Source of the DNA: Meiothermus sp.
Lineage (GTDB): Bacteria > Deinococcota > Deinococci > Deinococcales > Thermaceae
Direction of reading: 5' to 3'
Length of the DNA: 49,096 nucleotides
Assembly (NCBI GenBank): GCA_033762915.1
Contig: JANRLD010000056.1
Span: forward strand, 1 to 49,096
This document shows positions 39,762 through 48,763 of the stretch, piece by piece. Each line of letters starts with the position of its first letter. Within the stretch, counting starts at the first letter, position 1. Both the position numbers and the translations under genes were made by a program. The notes beneath the pieces are model-generated. The model did no database searches, was not told the DNA's origin, and saw only the letters and a program-made list of their open reading frames with translations.

Positions 39762-40598
39762 TCATGCGTTTACAATCGTGCCGCCGTTGGGGTGCAGCAC
39801 CTGCCCGGCGAAGTACGAGGAATCGTCGGAGGCTAGAAAGACAAAGCTGGGCGCGACCTCCTCGGGCTGGCCGGGCCGTTGCATGGGCACGTCCTTGCCG
39901 AATCGCTCGACCTTCTCCTCGGGGAAGGTCGAAGGGATCAGCGGCGTCCAGATTGGGCCGGGCGCTACCGCGTTGACCCGGATGCCCTTATCCACCAGCG
40001 ACTGCGACAGCGAGCGGGTGTAGGCGATGATGGCCCCCTTGGTGGCCGAGTAGTCCAGCAGCTCCTGGCTGCCCTTGTACGCCGTCACCGAGGCGGTATT
40101 GATGATCGCGCTGCCCTCCTTGAGGTGCGGCAGTGCGGCCTGGACGGTGAAGAAGTAGGCGAAGATGTTGGTCCGGAAGGTGCGCTCGAGCTGTCCGGCG
40201 CTGATGTCGGTGATCTCCTTCTGGGGGTGCTGCTCGGCGGCGTTGTTCACCAGAATGTCCAGCCCGCCCAGCTCGCGCACGGTCTGCTCGACTGCCTCCC
40301 GGGCATGCCGCTCGTCGCCGAGGTCGCCAGGGATCAGCACGCAGCGCCGGCCCTCGGCCTCCACCATCCGCCGGGTCTGCTCTGCGTCCTCGTGCTCGTC
40401 GAGGTAGGCGATCGCCACGTCGGCGCCCTCCTGGGCGTAGGCCACCGCCACCGCCCGCCCAATGCCGGAGTCGCCCCCGGTGATCAGGGCGACCTTGCCC
40501 TCGAGCTTGCCCGCCCGCCGGTACTTAAAGTCCACGCTCTGGGGCTGCTGCTCCATCCGGCTCTGCTGGCCGGGTCGCTGCTCTTGCATCTTGGCCAT
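39762..40598 (-). CDS. SDR oxidoreductase, YhdF/YdaD (general stress protein 39) type
   Basis: TGGDSGIG, NNAAEQH, YSATK, APGPIWTPLIP; ggagga SD. Confidence 0.92.
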   Translation of the reverse strand: MAKMQEQRPGQQSRMEQQPQSVDFKYRRAGKLEGKVALITGGDSGIGRAVAVAYAQEGADVAIAYLDEHEDAEQTRRMVEAEGRRCVLIPGDLGDERHAREAVEQTVRELGGLDILVNNAAEQHPQKEITDISAGQLERTFRTNIFAYFFTVQAALPHLKEGSAIINTASVTAYKGSQELLDYSATKGAIIAYTRSLSQSLVDKGIRVNAVAPGPIWTPLIPSTFPEEKVERFGKDVPMQRPGQPEEVAPSFVFLASDDSSYFAGQVLHPNGGTIVNA

Positions 40599-40817
40599 GT
40601 TTCCTCCTGTCAACCGCCCAAGGATGCGGCGGAGGGCTGACGGCGCGTTGAACCCCGACTGATGCCGGTCTGATGCCGCTAGCAGAGGCCGCGCAAGGCT
40701 CGAGCGCCACCGAGCCTCGGGTTGAGCGCGGAGGAGTCAAGTTGTGTAATGGCAATTCTCGAGCTGACCGATATATGATTTGCCACCTTTATTCTGGAAA
40801 CTTTTTAGGGGCAGCGC

Positions 40818-41183
40818 ATGGGAGACAAGAAACGTCAAAAGAAGCTGGACGAACTGACCCGCCAGGGCGACCAATTCCTACTCACCCTGGTAGCCGAACT
40901 CGAGCGCCTAAAGAAGCTCACCGCCGAGGCGGCCGGCAACGGCAGAGGTGTGGCCCAGCAGATCAAGGGCCTAGCCGAGCTGCGCCGATCCGCCAAGGGC
41001 TTCGCGGACGCCGCCAAGGGCCTACAGAAGCGCCTCGAGAAGCGCGAAAAGCTCGAGGCCACAGCGGCCCCCAAGCCCATCAAGCCCAAAAAGGCCCCCG
41101 CCCCCAAGGCCGCCAAGCCCCCAACTCCCGCAGCCGCCAAAGCGCTCACCAGGGCCAAAGCCAGCTCACGCCGCAAAGCTTGA
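40818..41183 (+). CDS. Hypothetical basic protein with helical N-part and Lys/Ala/Pro-rich tail
   Basis: Host-like codon usage; PKKAPAPKAAKP tail. Confidence 0.65.
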   Translation: MGDKKRQKKLDELTRQGDQFLLTLVAELERLKKLTAEAAGNGRGVAQQIKGLAELRRSAKGFADAAKGLQKRLEKREKLEATAAPKPIKPKKAPAPKAAKPPTPAAAKALTRAKASSRRKA

Positions 41184-41340
41184 AGGAACAAAAGCCGGGT
41201 GAGTTGGGCTCGAGGGGTGGGGGAGGGCTCGAGTAGCCCTCGAGACCCAAAACTAATCTGAGAGAAGGCTCGAGAATAACTGACTCGTGCAACCCCCAAT
41301 CTTGCTATTGTTTATAGCTTTCAACATAGAATTGGCTCGT

Positions 41341-42726
41341 ATGGCCAGTAACACTTCTAAAGGCAAAGATTTAGATGGGCAGTGGTGGAAAAGCCTGCCC
41401 GCGATAACCTCTCCATTCCCATCCACAGAACTGAATAAACCGATTGATCTGATTGAAGATCGATTGGATGTTTTCTTTTCAAATCAGACATTTAGAGAAG
41501 ACCAGAAAACGCACTTATCTGTTAATGGAAGAATATATCTTGACTGGTTACCCAAACTCCGATTTGGCTTTGTTTTCGAGGAAAGCTCGCCTCAAGATGT
41601 CAACAGAGTGAGAGTTGCAAGTCTAGGCATTGATGCCAATGCAACAAACATTGGTTATTCTCTACCACTCGATGCAAACACAGTTCCGACCCAAATGTGC
41701 AAGTTTACTGATGATGTTGTTTGGGGAAAGGGCAAGGGTAAACATACAGCGTACATAATTTTCCACATTCCAAATTTCCTATCTCATGGCGGCCATTTTA
41801 TTGATCAGACTCAAATTCACTCAGATGGAAACTCAAAACTGACGTGGCGCTGGATTCTTGAGGCTAAAGACTGGAGAATTGCGATTGATACAGTGAACGG
41901 GGTTAATTTCGATGCCTTAAAGAAAAAAAATGGATTTCAGATTACCCATGTGGGTCGCCTCGAGAGAGCCGACGGGAAGCTATTCTCTGGTAATGACGGA
42001 ATCGAGGTATTGAATGCTCTAGGATATTTCCTGTCATTTGCTCGCGGAGCTTGGACACACCCCTTTCTGTTTTACGGTTACAACCAAGAAGGGCATCATG
42101 TATGGGGTGTTTTTCATAAGCCACCTCTTTCACCGTATAAGAACGACAAATCATGGCTTATATGGAACGACCCCAATTTTATCTCTCATGCCTGGATAGA
42201 ATTTTGGGAGAAATGGAAGGAAAAAAACTGGCGTGAAACCCTACGCATATGTATTGCTTGGTATCTTGAATCTCTAAATTCGAATTTTGTAGAGAAGTCG
42301 TTAGTACTGACGTTAGCAGCTTTTGAGAGACTGTTCTGGCAAGTGATTGAGGAAGAAAAACAAATAACCACATCGAACCCTAGTGACGCTTCAGGAAAAA
42401 TCAGAGAGCTACTCTCTGTATCAGGCGTAAAGCCCTCTGTCCCATCGGTACTTAGAAGTCTGTCTCACCTACTCAAGAGGGAAAACAAGAAGAGCAATAA
42501 AGTAGATGACGGAGCACACATCTATACATGGCTCCGAAATGGTATTACTCATCCCAACGCTAAAAATTTGAAGCGCTTGACTAAAAGCTCGAAGCAGGCT
42601 GTTGTGGAAGCTGCCAGAATGGCCAACTGGTGGTTAGAAGAATGCATGTTAAAACAATTACGATATAGCGGTTTATATATATCAACAGTTGATGGTCGAA
42701 TGAGAGATAAACGCAATATATCTTGA
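41341..42726 (+). CDS. Low-GC protein with C-terminal HEPN-like RX4H motif (ApeA/YopA-like), candidate defence RNase
   Basis: Long AT-rich ORF; LRNGITHP; FLSFARG and WYLES segments. Confidence 0.65.
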   Translation: MASNTSKGKDLDGQWWKSLPAITSPFPSTELNKPIDLIEDRLDVFFSNQTFREDQKTHLSVNGRIYLDWLPKLRFGFVFEESSPQDVNRVRVASLGIDANATNIGYSLPLDANTVPTQMCKFTDDVVWGKGKGKHTAYIIFHIPNFLSHGGHFIDQTQIHSDGNSKLTWRWILEAKDWRIAIDTVNGVNFDALKKKNGFQITHVGRLERADGKLFSGNDGIEVLNALGYFLSFARGAWTHPFLFYGYNQEGHHVWGVFHKPPLSPYKNDKSWLIWNDPNFISHAWIEFWEKWKEKNWRETLRICIAWYLESLNSNFVEKSLVLTLAAFERLFWQVIEEEKQITTSNPSDASGKIRELLSVSGVKPSVPSVLRSLSHLLKRENKKSNKVDDGAHIYTWLRNGITHPNAKNLKRLTKSSKQAVVEAARMANWWLEECMLKQLRYSGLYISTVDGRMRDKRNIS

Positions 42727-42734
42727 GGAGTTGC

Positions 42735-44696
42735 CTACTTCCTAGCCTCAACCCTCCCCTTCATCTCCCCAATCAACTCCCCAACCCCCAAAGTCCGTTG
42801 CTCCTTCACGTGGCGCTCGCGCAGGTTGACCTGGTTGGCCTCGGCCTCCTTGTCGCCCACTACCAGGATTAGGGGGATTTTCTGGAGTTCGGCGTCGCGG
42901 ATTTTAGCGTTCATGCGCTCGGAGCGGTCGTCGATTTCCACGCGCAGCTTGTTTTTGCGCATCTCGGCGGCCACCTTTTCTGCATAGTCTAGGTGACGGT
43001 CCGAAATCGGTACGATTACGGCCTGAACCGGCGTTAGCCACAGGGGGAAGTCGCCGGCGGTGTGCTCGAGGTAAAAGGCAAAGAAGCGGTCGAAGCTGCC
43101 CATGATGGCGCGGTGAATCACCACGGGGGTTTCCTTCTCGCCCCGCTCGTTGGTGAACTCGAGGCCGAACCGGCCAGGCACGATAAAGTCGAGCTGGTTG
43201 GTGGCGATGGTCTCTTCCTTGCCGATGATGGTGCGCACCTGCACGTCGAGCTTGGGGCCGTAGAAGCTGGCTTCGCCGATGCCCTCGACGTACTTCACCC
43301 CGCTCTTCTCGAGGGCCCCCCGGATGGCCGCGATGGCCTCGTCCCAGTGGGGGCCGGGGTCGCCGAACTTCTCGGGGTTGCGTTCGAAGTCGGGCAGCGA
43401 GAGGCGGAACCAGTAGTCGGTAATGCCGAAGTCGGCGTAGACCTCGTTAAACAGGCGGATCACATCCAGGAACTCGCCCTCGACCTGCTCCTTGGTGCAG
43501 TAGAGGTGGGCGTCGTTGATGGTGATGCCACGCACGCGCTGCAACCCCGACAGCGCACCCGAAAGCTCGAATCGGTACACCGTACCGCCCTCGGCCAGGC
43601 GCAGGGGCAGGTCGCGGTAGCTCTTGGGGCGGGCTGCGTAGATCATGTGGTGGTGCGGGCAGTTCATCGGCTTGAGGTAGTACTCTTCTTCCTCAATCAC
43701 GATGGGGGCGTACATGTCCTCGGCGTAGTAGGGGAGGTGGCCGGAGGTGTAGTAGAGCTTGCCGTTGGCGATGTGCGGCGTATAGACGTAGGAGTAGCCG
43801 TACTCCTCGGCCTCTTTTTGGTACATGTACTCCTCGAGCTTGCGCCGGATGAAGGCCCCGCGGGGCATCCACAGCGGCAGGCCCTTGCCCACCTCCTCGC
43901 TGATGGTGAAGAGGTCGAGCTCCTGGCCCAGCTTGCGGTGGTCGCGGCGCTTGGCTTCCTCCTGCTGCCAGAGGTAGTTGTCGAGTTCGTCCTTGGTCCT
44001 GAAGGCGATGCCGTAGATGCGCTGGAGCATGGGGCGGCTGCTGTCGCCGCGCCAGTACGCGCCGGCGATGCTGGTCAGCTTGAAGTGCGGTGGGATGCGG
44101 CCCGTGCTGGGGACATGCGGCCCCCGGCAGAGGTCGGTGAAGCCGAACGCCTCGTCGCCCTGGGTGTAAAAGCTAAGCTCCTCGCCGGCGGGCAGGTCTT
44201 GGATCAGCTCGGTCTTGTAGGGGTCGACGCCCTCGAAGCGCTTCAGGGCGTCTTCGCGGCTGAGGACAAAGCGCCCCAGCGGGAGGTTTGCCGCCACGAT
44301 CTTGCGCATCTTCTCCTCGACGCCCGGCAGGTCCTCTTCGCGGATGGGCTCGGGTGCGTCGATGTCGTAGTAGAACCCGTTCTCGATGACCGGGCCGATG
44401 GCGAGCTTGACCTGCTCCGGGCTGAAGCCTTTATCGGCGTAGAGTTCGCGCACCGCCTGGGCCATCACGTGGGCCAGGGTGTGGCGGAACAGGCCCACGT
44501 ACTCGGGGTCCTTCTCGGTGAGGATGCGCAACTGCGCCCCGTCGGGCAGGGGCTTGTGCAGATCGTAAAGGTCGCCGGCGGCAATGGCGCCGATGGCGGC
44601 TTTGGCGAGGCCCGGCCCGATGGCCCGGGCGGCGTCGCCCGCTGTTGCGCCGTCGTGCAAGCTGAGTTCGCGTCCGTCGGGTAGGTATACGTTCAT
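42735..44696 (-). CDS. thrS: Threonine--tRNA ligase
   Basis: TGS start, RHTLAH and DLCRGPH editing motifs, KPMNCPHH, FYGPKLD, IHRAIMGS. Confidence 0.97.
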   Translation of the reverse strand: MNVYLPDGRELSLHDGATAGDAARAIGPGLAKAAIGAIAAGDLYDLHKPLPDGAQLRILTEKDPEYVGLFRHTLAHVMAQAVRELYADKGFSPEQVKLAIGPVIENGFYYDIDAPEPIREEDLPGVEEKMRKIVAANLPLGRFVLSREDALKRFEGVDPYKTELIQDLPAGEELSFYTQGDEAFGFTDLCRGPHVPSTGRIPPHFKLTSIAGAYWRGDSSRPMLQRIYGIAFRTKDELDNYLWQQEEAKRRDHRKLGQELDLFTISEEVGKGLPLWMPRGAFIRRKLEEYMYQKEAEEYGYSYVYTPHIANGKLYYTSGHLPYYAEDMYAPIVIEEEEYYLKPMNCPHHHMIYAARPKSYRDLPLRLAEGGTVYRFELSGALSGLQRVRGITINDAHLYCTKEQVEGEFLDVIRLFNEVYADFGITDYWFRLSLPDFERNPEKFGDPGPHWDEAIAAIRGALEKSGVKYVEGIGEASFYGPKLDVQVRTIIGKEETIATNQLDFIVPGRFGLEFTNERGEKETPVVIHRAIMGSFDRFFAFYLEHTAGDFPLWLTPVQAVIVPISDRHLDYAEKVAAEMRKNKLRVEIDDRSERMNAKIRDAELQKIPLILVVGDKEAEANQVNLRERHVKEQRTLGVGELIGEMKGRVEARK

Positions 44697-44767
44697 AGGC
44701 TTTGTCCTTTTGCGTCTAGCCCCTCCGGCTCGGTAGCGGTCGGGGTGAAAGCGTCGGGGTGGGGCAC

Positions 44768-44801
44768 AAAAAAAACCGGCCCGCATTCTAACGCGAGCCG
44801 G
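44768..44801 (-). terminator. Intrinsic terminator (attenuator) in thrS leader
   Basis: ccggcucgcg-uuagaa-ugcgggccgg followed by U8 on the minus strand. Confidence 0.88.
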
Positions 44802-44823
44802 GAGAACCTCCAAAACCTTTCGG

Positions 44824-44865
44824 CTAGAAGTCCCCCCGGCGGGTAGTAGTCAGCGGACCGTACAT
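44824..44865 (-). CDS. thrS leader peptide MYGPLTTTRRGDF
   Basis: ACT ACT ACC Thr codons; its 3' part is complementary to the 5' arm of the terminator. Confidence 0.8.
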   Translation of the reverse strand: MYGPLTTTRRGDF

Positions 44866-44874
44866 CTTGCCTAG

Positions 44875-44903
44875 AGTGTAGCGCCCCTCCTCATTCAAGT
44901 CAA
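44875..44903 (-). promoter_or_regulatory. Sigma70-type promoter of the thrS leader
   Basis: TTGACT, 17 nt, TACACT; leader ATG 9 nt downstream. Confidence 0.85.
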
Positions 44904-45140
44904 ACCGGGATGAGTAACACAAATCCGGAGAGGTTATGGCTGGGAATACCTGATGTCGGTGACGCCTTGAAGGGGACGGCTGAGGTCTACGTTAAGTTAA
45001 GTTCACCGTTACGTGCGTAACGCCCTTAATTTCGACACCCCTTCAGAAAGATTAAGTAACGTTGATTCGCGTCTGTAACGCAGAATACAGCAAATGGTGA
45101 AGATTGTGTGACTACCCCAGTTCGGTGCCTTTGTCAAGCG

Positions 45141-45218
45141 TTGACGACCGTAACTTGAGGATGTATCGTTACGCCGTTCAGAGGAAAGGGGGTGATGCGG
45201 ATGTTGTGGTGCGACTAA
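45141..45218 (+). other. Promoter, strong SD and micro-ORF (MLWCD), candidate small transcript
   Basis: TTGACG, 17 nt, TATCGT; aaagggggtga (45185-45195); ATG TTG TGG TGC GAC TAA (45201-45218). Confidence 0.45.
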
Positions 45219-45566
45219 TCAATTCTCGGCCGTTGAAATGAGGGCTCGAGTCCCAACATGTCGGTTCACGTCTCCGACTCGTAGTCGTGTTTTCCAGAGA
45301 TTCCCTCCCTCGAGAGCCCGTTTTCACCAGTCCCGTGCCTACGTGCTATAGAGCGGTGCAAAACCCCAATCGGCGGACGCAGGGTCCTGCCAAGTGTTTG
45401 ATATTTCTTCAGGTTATAGCTTGCGCCAGGGCGGATAGTGGGTAGGTTCCCGGGCACATGGGTGCTGCGGCAACCCCGCGCGCAGGGTTTCAAATAACAT
45501 CGGTTTTGAACGTACCCCGCACGCCAGAAATGGACGTGCGGGGTATATCTTGATTGGGCTATATGT

Positions 45567-45586
45567 CGGCTATGGCGCAAGCCGCT
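45567..45586 (-). repeat. Family A core, inverted
   Basis: Reverse complement agcggcttgcgccatagccg. Confidence 0.6.
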
Positions 45587-45621
45587 TGCACCGATATCGC
45601 AGACCCACCCCGGCGCACCTC

Positions 45622-45669
45622 AGAGCGTTTCCCACACAAACTTCATACAGAGGTTTTTGCTGTATGAAG
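45622..45669. repeat. Palindromic repeat family B copy
   Basis: agagcgtttcccacacaaa-cttcatacag-aggtttttg-ctgtatgaag. Confidence 0.7.
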
Positions 45670-45768
45670 CTCATTACTTGCCGCTGCGAGGGAGGCAATA
45701 CTGGGAAACGCCATAAGGCCAAAGGGCTCGAGGGATGTGCGGTTGGCCCGCCTGGGTCCGGTGAGGCC

Positions 45769-47031
45769 TCAGTTCCCGGGCTGTTTCTTGAACAGGCTGT
45801 CTTTGTCGAGTTGCTTAAGCTTTCGGCCGGCGTAGAAACTCCAGCCGTAGCACAGCGTCGCCAGCGCCATCGGGCCTAGGTAGCCGATGGTGGGGATGTC
45901 GGCCAGCAGCCCGCCCAGCACCGGCGAGAAGGCCAGCAGCCCCACGATGGTGTTGGCCAGCCCGATGTAGGAGCTGCGCTGGTCGGTGGGTGCGAGGTTG
46001 AGCAGGTAGGTTGCGGTGCCCACCCCGATGGCCGCGAGGTAGGCCCCCTGCATCACAAACACCACCCCGAAAAGATGGTGGGGCAGCAGCAGGGCCAGGG
46101 CCGGATTGAGCATCCCCAGCGCCGCTCCCGCCAGGATCAGGCTCTTGGAGCCGTAGCGCTTGGAGAGCTGCACCCAGACCAGGTTGGAGAGCACCGCCGA
46201 GAGGGCGTAGAGGGTCAGGTAGAGCCCGATCTCGCTGCTCTGCTTGAGTACCCGCACCGCGTAGGCGGCGTAGAAGGGCTCGACCATGGCCCCCACCGCC
46301 ATCAGCACCCGCACCCGCAGGAAACGGCGGAAGTAGAAGTCGCGGAAGGGCTTGCTGAAGGAAATGCGCTCGCCCCGGCCGCCGCCGTCCGGCGGCTCGT
46401 TGACGTTGCCAAAGACGTACCAGCCGTAGCCGAAGGCGATGCAGCCGAGGGTGAAGATGATGCCGTAGTTGACCGGGAAGGGGATCGGCAGCGAGAGGAT
46501 GTAGCGCACCAGGAAGCCCGCCCCGAAGGCCAGCACCCCCCCCACCAGGTTACGCCCGCTGAACAGGGCCACGCGGCGCTCGAGCGGCACTGTTTTGGCC
46601 ACGCTCTCCCACCAGGCCAGCGAGGACCAGCTGCTCATCAGCCCGTTGAGGGCCAGCCCGCCGACGAAGCACCACAGCAAAAGCTCGGGGTATCCCCCCA
46701 GCGTGAAGGCCGCCAGCGCGATCAGGGCCAGGCTGCCGACCCGCGCCACCGCCATCCGCCGGTACAGCACCATCTTCACCGGCAGCCGGGCCACGTAGGG
46801 AGCCACAAAGGCCTGCGGCACCATCGATCCCGCCCCGATCAGCGCGGGCATCAGTCCGATGGCCCAGTTCGCCACCCCCAACTTGGCCGCGAAGGAGGCC
46901 AGCACGATCGAGCCGTTAAAAAAAGCGTCCCCCATGATGGCGAACCAGCCGTTGATCATCGCCCAGCGGTAGTTGGGTTCGCGCAGGTCGAGGGTCTCGA
47001 GGACGGCGTTGCGGCGCTTTGGCTCGCTCAC
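45769..47031 (-). CDS. MFS transporter
   Basis: About 12 hydrophobic segments; PLERRVALFS and APTDQRSSYIG loops. Confidence 0.85.
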   Translation of the reverse strand: MSEPKRRNAVLETLDLREPNYRWAMINGWFAIMGDAFFNGSIVLASFAAKLGVANWAIGLMPALIGAGSMVPQAFVAPYVARLPVKMVLYRRMAVARVGSLALIALAAFTLGGYPELLLWCFVGGLALNGLMSSWSSLAWWESVAKTVPLERRVALFSGRNLVGGVLAFGAGFLVRYILSLPIPFPVNYGIIFTLGCIAFGYGWYVFGNVNEPPDGGGRGERISFSKPFRDFYFRRFLRVRVLMAVGAMVEPFYAAYAVRVLKQSSEIGLYLTLYALSAVLSNLVWVQLSKRYGSKSLILAGAALGMLNPALALLLPHHLFGVVFVMQGAYLAAIGVGTATYLLNLAPTDQRSSYIGLANTIVGLLAFSPVLGGLLADIPTIGYLGPMALATLCYGWSFYAGRKLKQLDKDSLFKKQPGN

Positions 47032-47172
47032 GTCGCACCCCGCCTATAGGGCGCTGCGGGGCAGAGTTGCGGGCCGGGCGCGGGCCTGGGACCCACCCGG
47101 TAGTCTCCCGGCCGCCGCCACTGTTCTTTGCTCCCCGTTCCCACTGCCCCGGGATGTTGCATAATCGCCGCG

Positions 47173-48168
47173 ATGAACCTCATCCCCACCCTCGGCCCCT
47201 TTCACATGCTGCACCCCCGCTACAACGGGGTGACGGTGCTCGAGTTGGCCCGCTCGGCCCGCCCGACGGTCTTATACCTGGCCTCTTACAGTACTGCCGA
47301 CCTTGCCTCGAAGGTCTGGCGCGAGTCCAACGAGGTCTCATTCTTTCACGTTTTGCCCTGGGCCGAAAGGGAGAACCTGCCCGTGCAGGCCCTAGACGAG
47401 GGGTCACAGCTCAAGGCCGAGGCCGAGTCCTTCCGTGAGGCGCTGGCCATGTACCCCAAGGGCCAGGAGATTCTGGCCCGCCTGGGCGAGCTCGAGGCCC
47501 TGCTGGGGGCGGTCCTCACCCAGCCCAAGAGCCCTGAGGACTGGGGCAGGGAAGAGGTCGTGCAGCCCTTGCGGCAGTACACCGACGGCTACGCCGCGCT
47601 GCTGGGCGAAGGCCCGGCCACGGGCTTCCGGCGGCAGAGGATGGAGGCGGTCGCCGCGCGGCTCGCAGGCCTCGGGCCTCAGGCCCAAAGCGCGGTGATC
47701 CTGGTGGACCTGCTCGATTACCCGGTGTTGCTCGAGCTTCTTCCCTCAACTCCGGCTCTCCTCACCCCCCCCTCCGCGCACGTCCCTTCCGAGGCCGAGC
47801 GAGAGCGTTCCGTCCTAGACCGCGCCTGGCGGCTTGAGGAGTCCGACGACTGGGCCCAGCTTCTGGGGCAGCTGCGAGAGATCGAGGCCCCGGAGGCGCT
47901 GTACTGCGCGGCCCAGATCTACCTCGCCGCCGGCCAGCCCGCCGACGCCTTTGTGCTGCTGGACCAGCTCATCCACAAAGACTTCCACCAGCCGGAATAC
48001 CTCCCCGGCTACGCCCTTTCCCGCTACGGACAGATGGCCGACCTCGAGGGTCAGCGTGAGAAGGCCCTGCGGGCCTACGCGGCGGTGCTGGCGTTGGACT
48101 GGGCCCCGCAGGAGGCGCGGGAGATCGCGTTGGCGGGGCGCAAGGCGCCCTTCAGGCTCGAGCCCTGA
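47173..48168 (+). CDS. Hypothetical protein with C-terminal TPR-like helices
   Basis: Host-like codon usage; CATAAT 7 nt before ATG; ALYCAAQIYLAAGQPADA pattern. Confidence 0.7.
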   Translation: MNLIPTLGPFHMLHPRYNGVTVLELARSARPTVLYLASYSTADLASKVWRESNEVSFFHVLPWAERENLPVQALDEGSQLKAEAESFREALAMYPKGQEILARLGELEALLGAVLTQPKSPEDWGREEVVQPLRQYTDGYAALLGEGPATGFRRQRMEAVAARLAGLGPQAQSAVILVDLLDYPVLLELLPSTPALLTPPSAHVPSEAERERSVLDRAWRLEESDDWAQLLGQLREIEAPEALYCAAQIYLAAGQPADAFVLLDQLIHKDFHQPEYLPGYALSRYGQMADLEGQREKALRAYAAVLALDWAPQEAREIALAGRKAPFRLEP

Positions 48169-48171
48169 GCC

Positions 48172-48654
48172 TTAGCGCCCCGTCTCCGGGGCCCTTTTCT
48201 CGTCGCCTAGCACCCGGTGGGTGACCGGCTTGGAGAGCACCAGTGCGGTTGTGGTGGTGCCGTACTTGCAGAGGTGCTTGTTCAGCACCTCCTCGAGTTC
48301 GGCCACCGAGCGGAACACTGCGCGGATCAGGTAGCCGTCGTGGCCGGTCAGGTTCCAGAACTCCAGCGCGTTGGGTAGCTCGGAGATGTAGTGGATGGCT
48401 GCGTCGCTGTTGGAGCCGTTGATCTCGGCACGGATAAAGACCTCGAGGACATAACCCAGCCGGCCGGGATCCACCTCGGCGCGGTAGCCCTTGATGATGC
48501 CCGCGTCCTCCATCCGCCGCACCCGCTCCGCCACCGCCGGCGCCGAGAGCCCCACCTGCCGTCCCAGCTCGCTGAAGGGTATGCGGGCGTCGGTTTGCAG
48601 CGCCGAGAGGATTTTCCAGCCGGTCTCGTCCATGAGTTTCGTATCTAAGGTCAT
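48172..48654 (-). CDS. Lrp/AsnC family transcriptional regulator
   Basis: DARIPFSELGRQVGLSAPAVAERVRRMEDAGII. Confidence 0.93.
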   Translation of the reverse strand: MTLDTKLMDETGWKILSALQTDARIPFSELGRQVGLSAPAVAERVRRMEDAGIIKGYRAEVDPGRLGYVLEVFIRAEINGSNSDAAIHYISELPNALEFWNLTGHDGYLIRAVFRSVAELEEVLNKHLCKYGTTTTALVLSKPVTHRVLGDEKRAPETGR

Positions 48655-48763
48655 GAGGCTAGTTTACCTTAAAAACTATGAAAAATGTCGGGAGTAAGTT
48701 TGGTGTATCTATTCAAAAACCGATAAACGCCTGCTATCCTTAGGTTCTAGGGAGGAATGGCTT

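Noticed and set aside
44697..44903. T-box riboswitch upstream of thrS
   Set aside because: No GGUGGNACC T-box motif or stem I seen; the leader peptide explains the terminator
45201..45218. Biarylitide-type RiPP precursor
   Set aside because: Not MxYxH, and no adjacent P450 or other modifying enzyme
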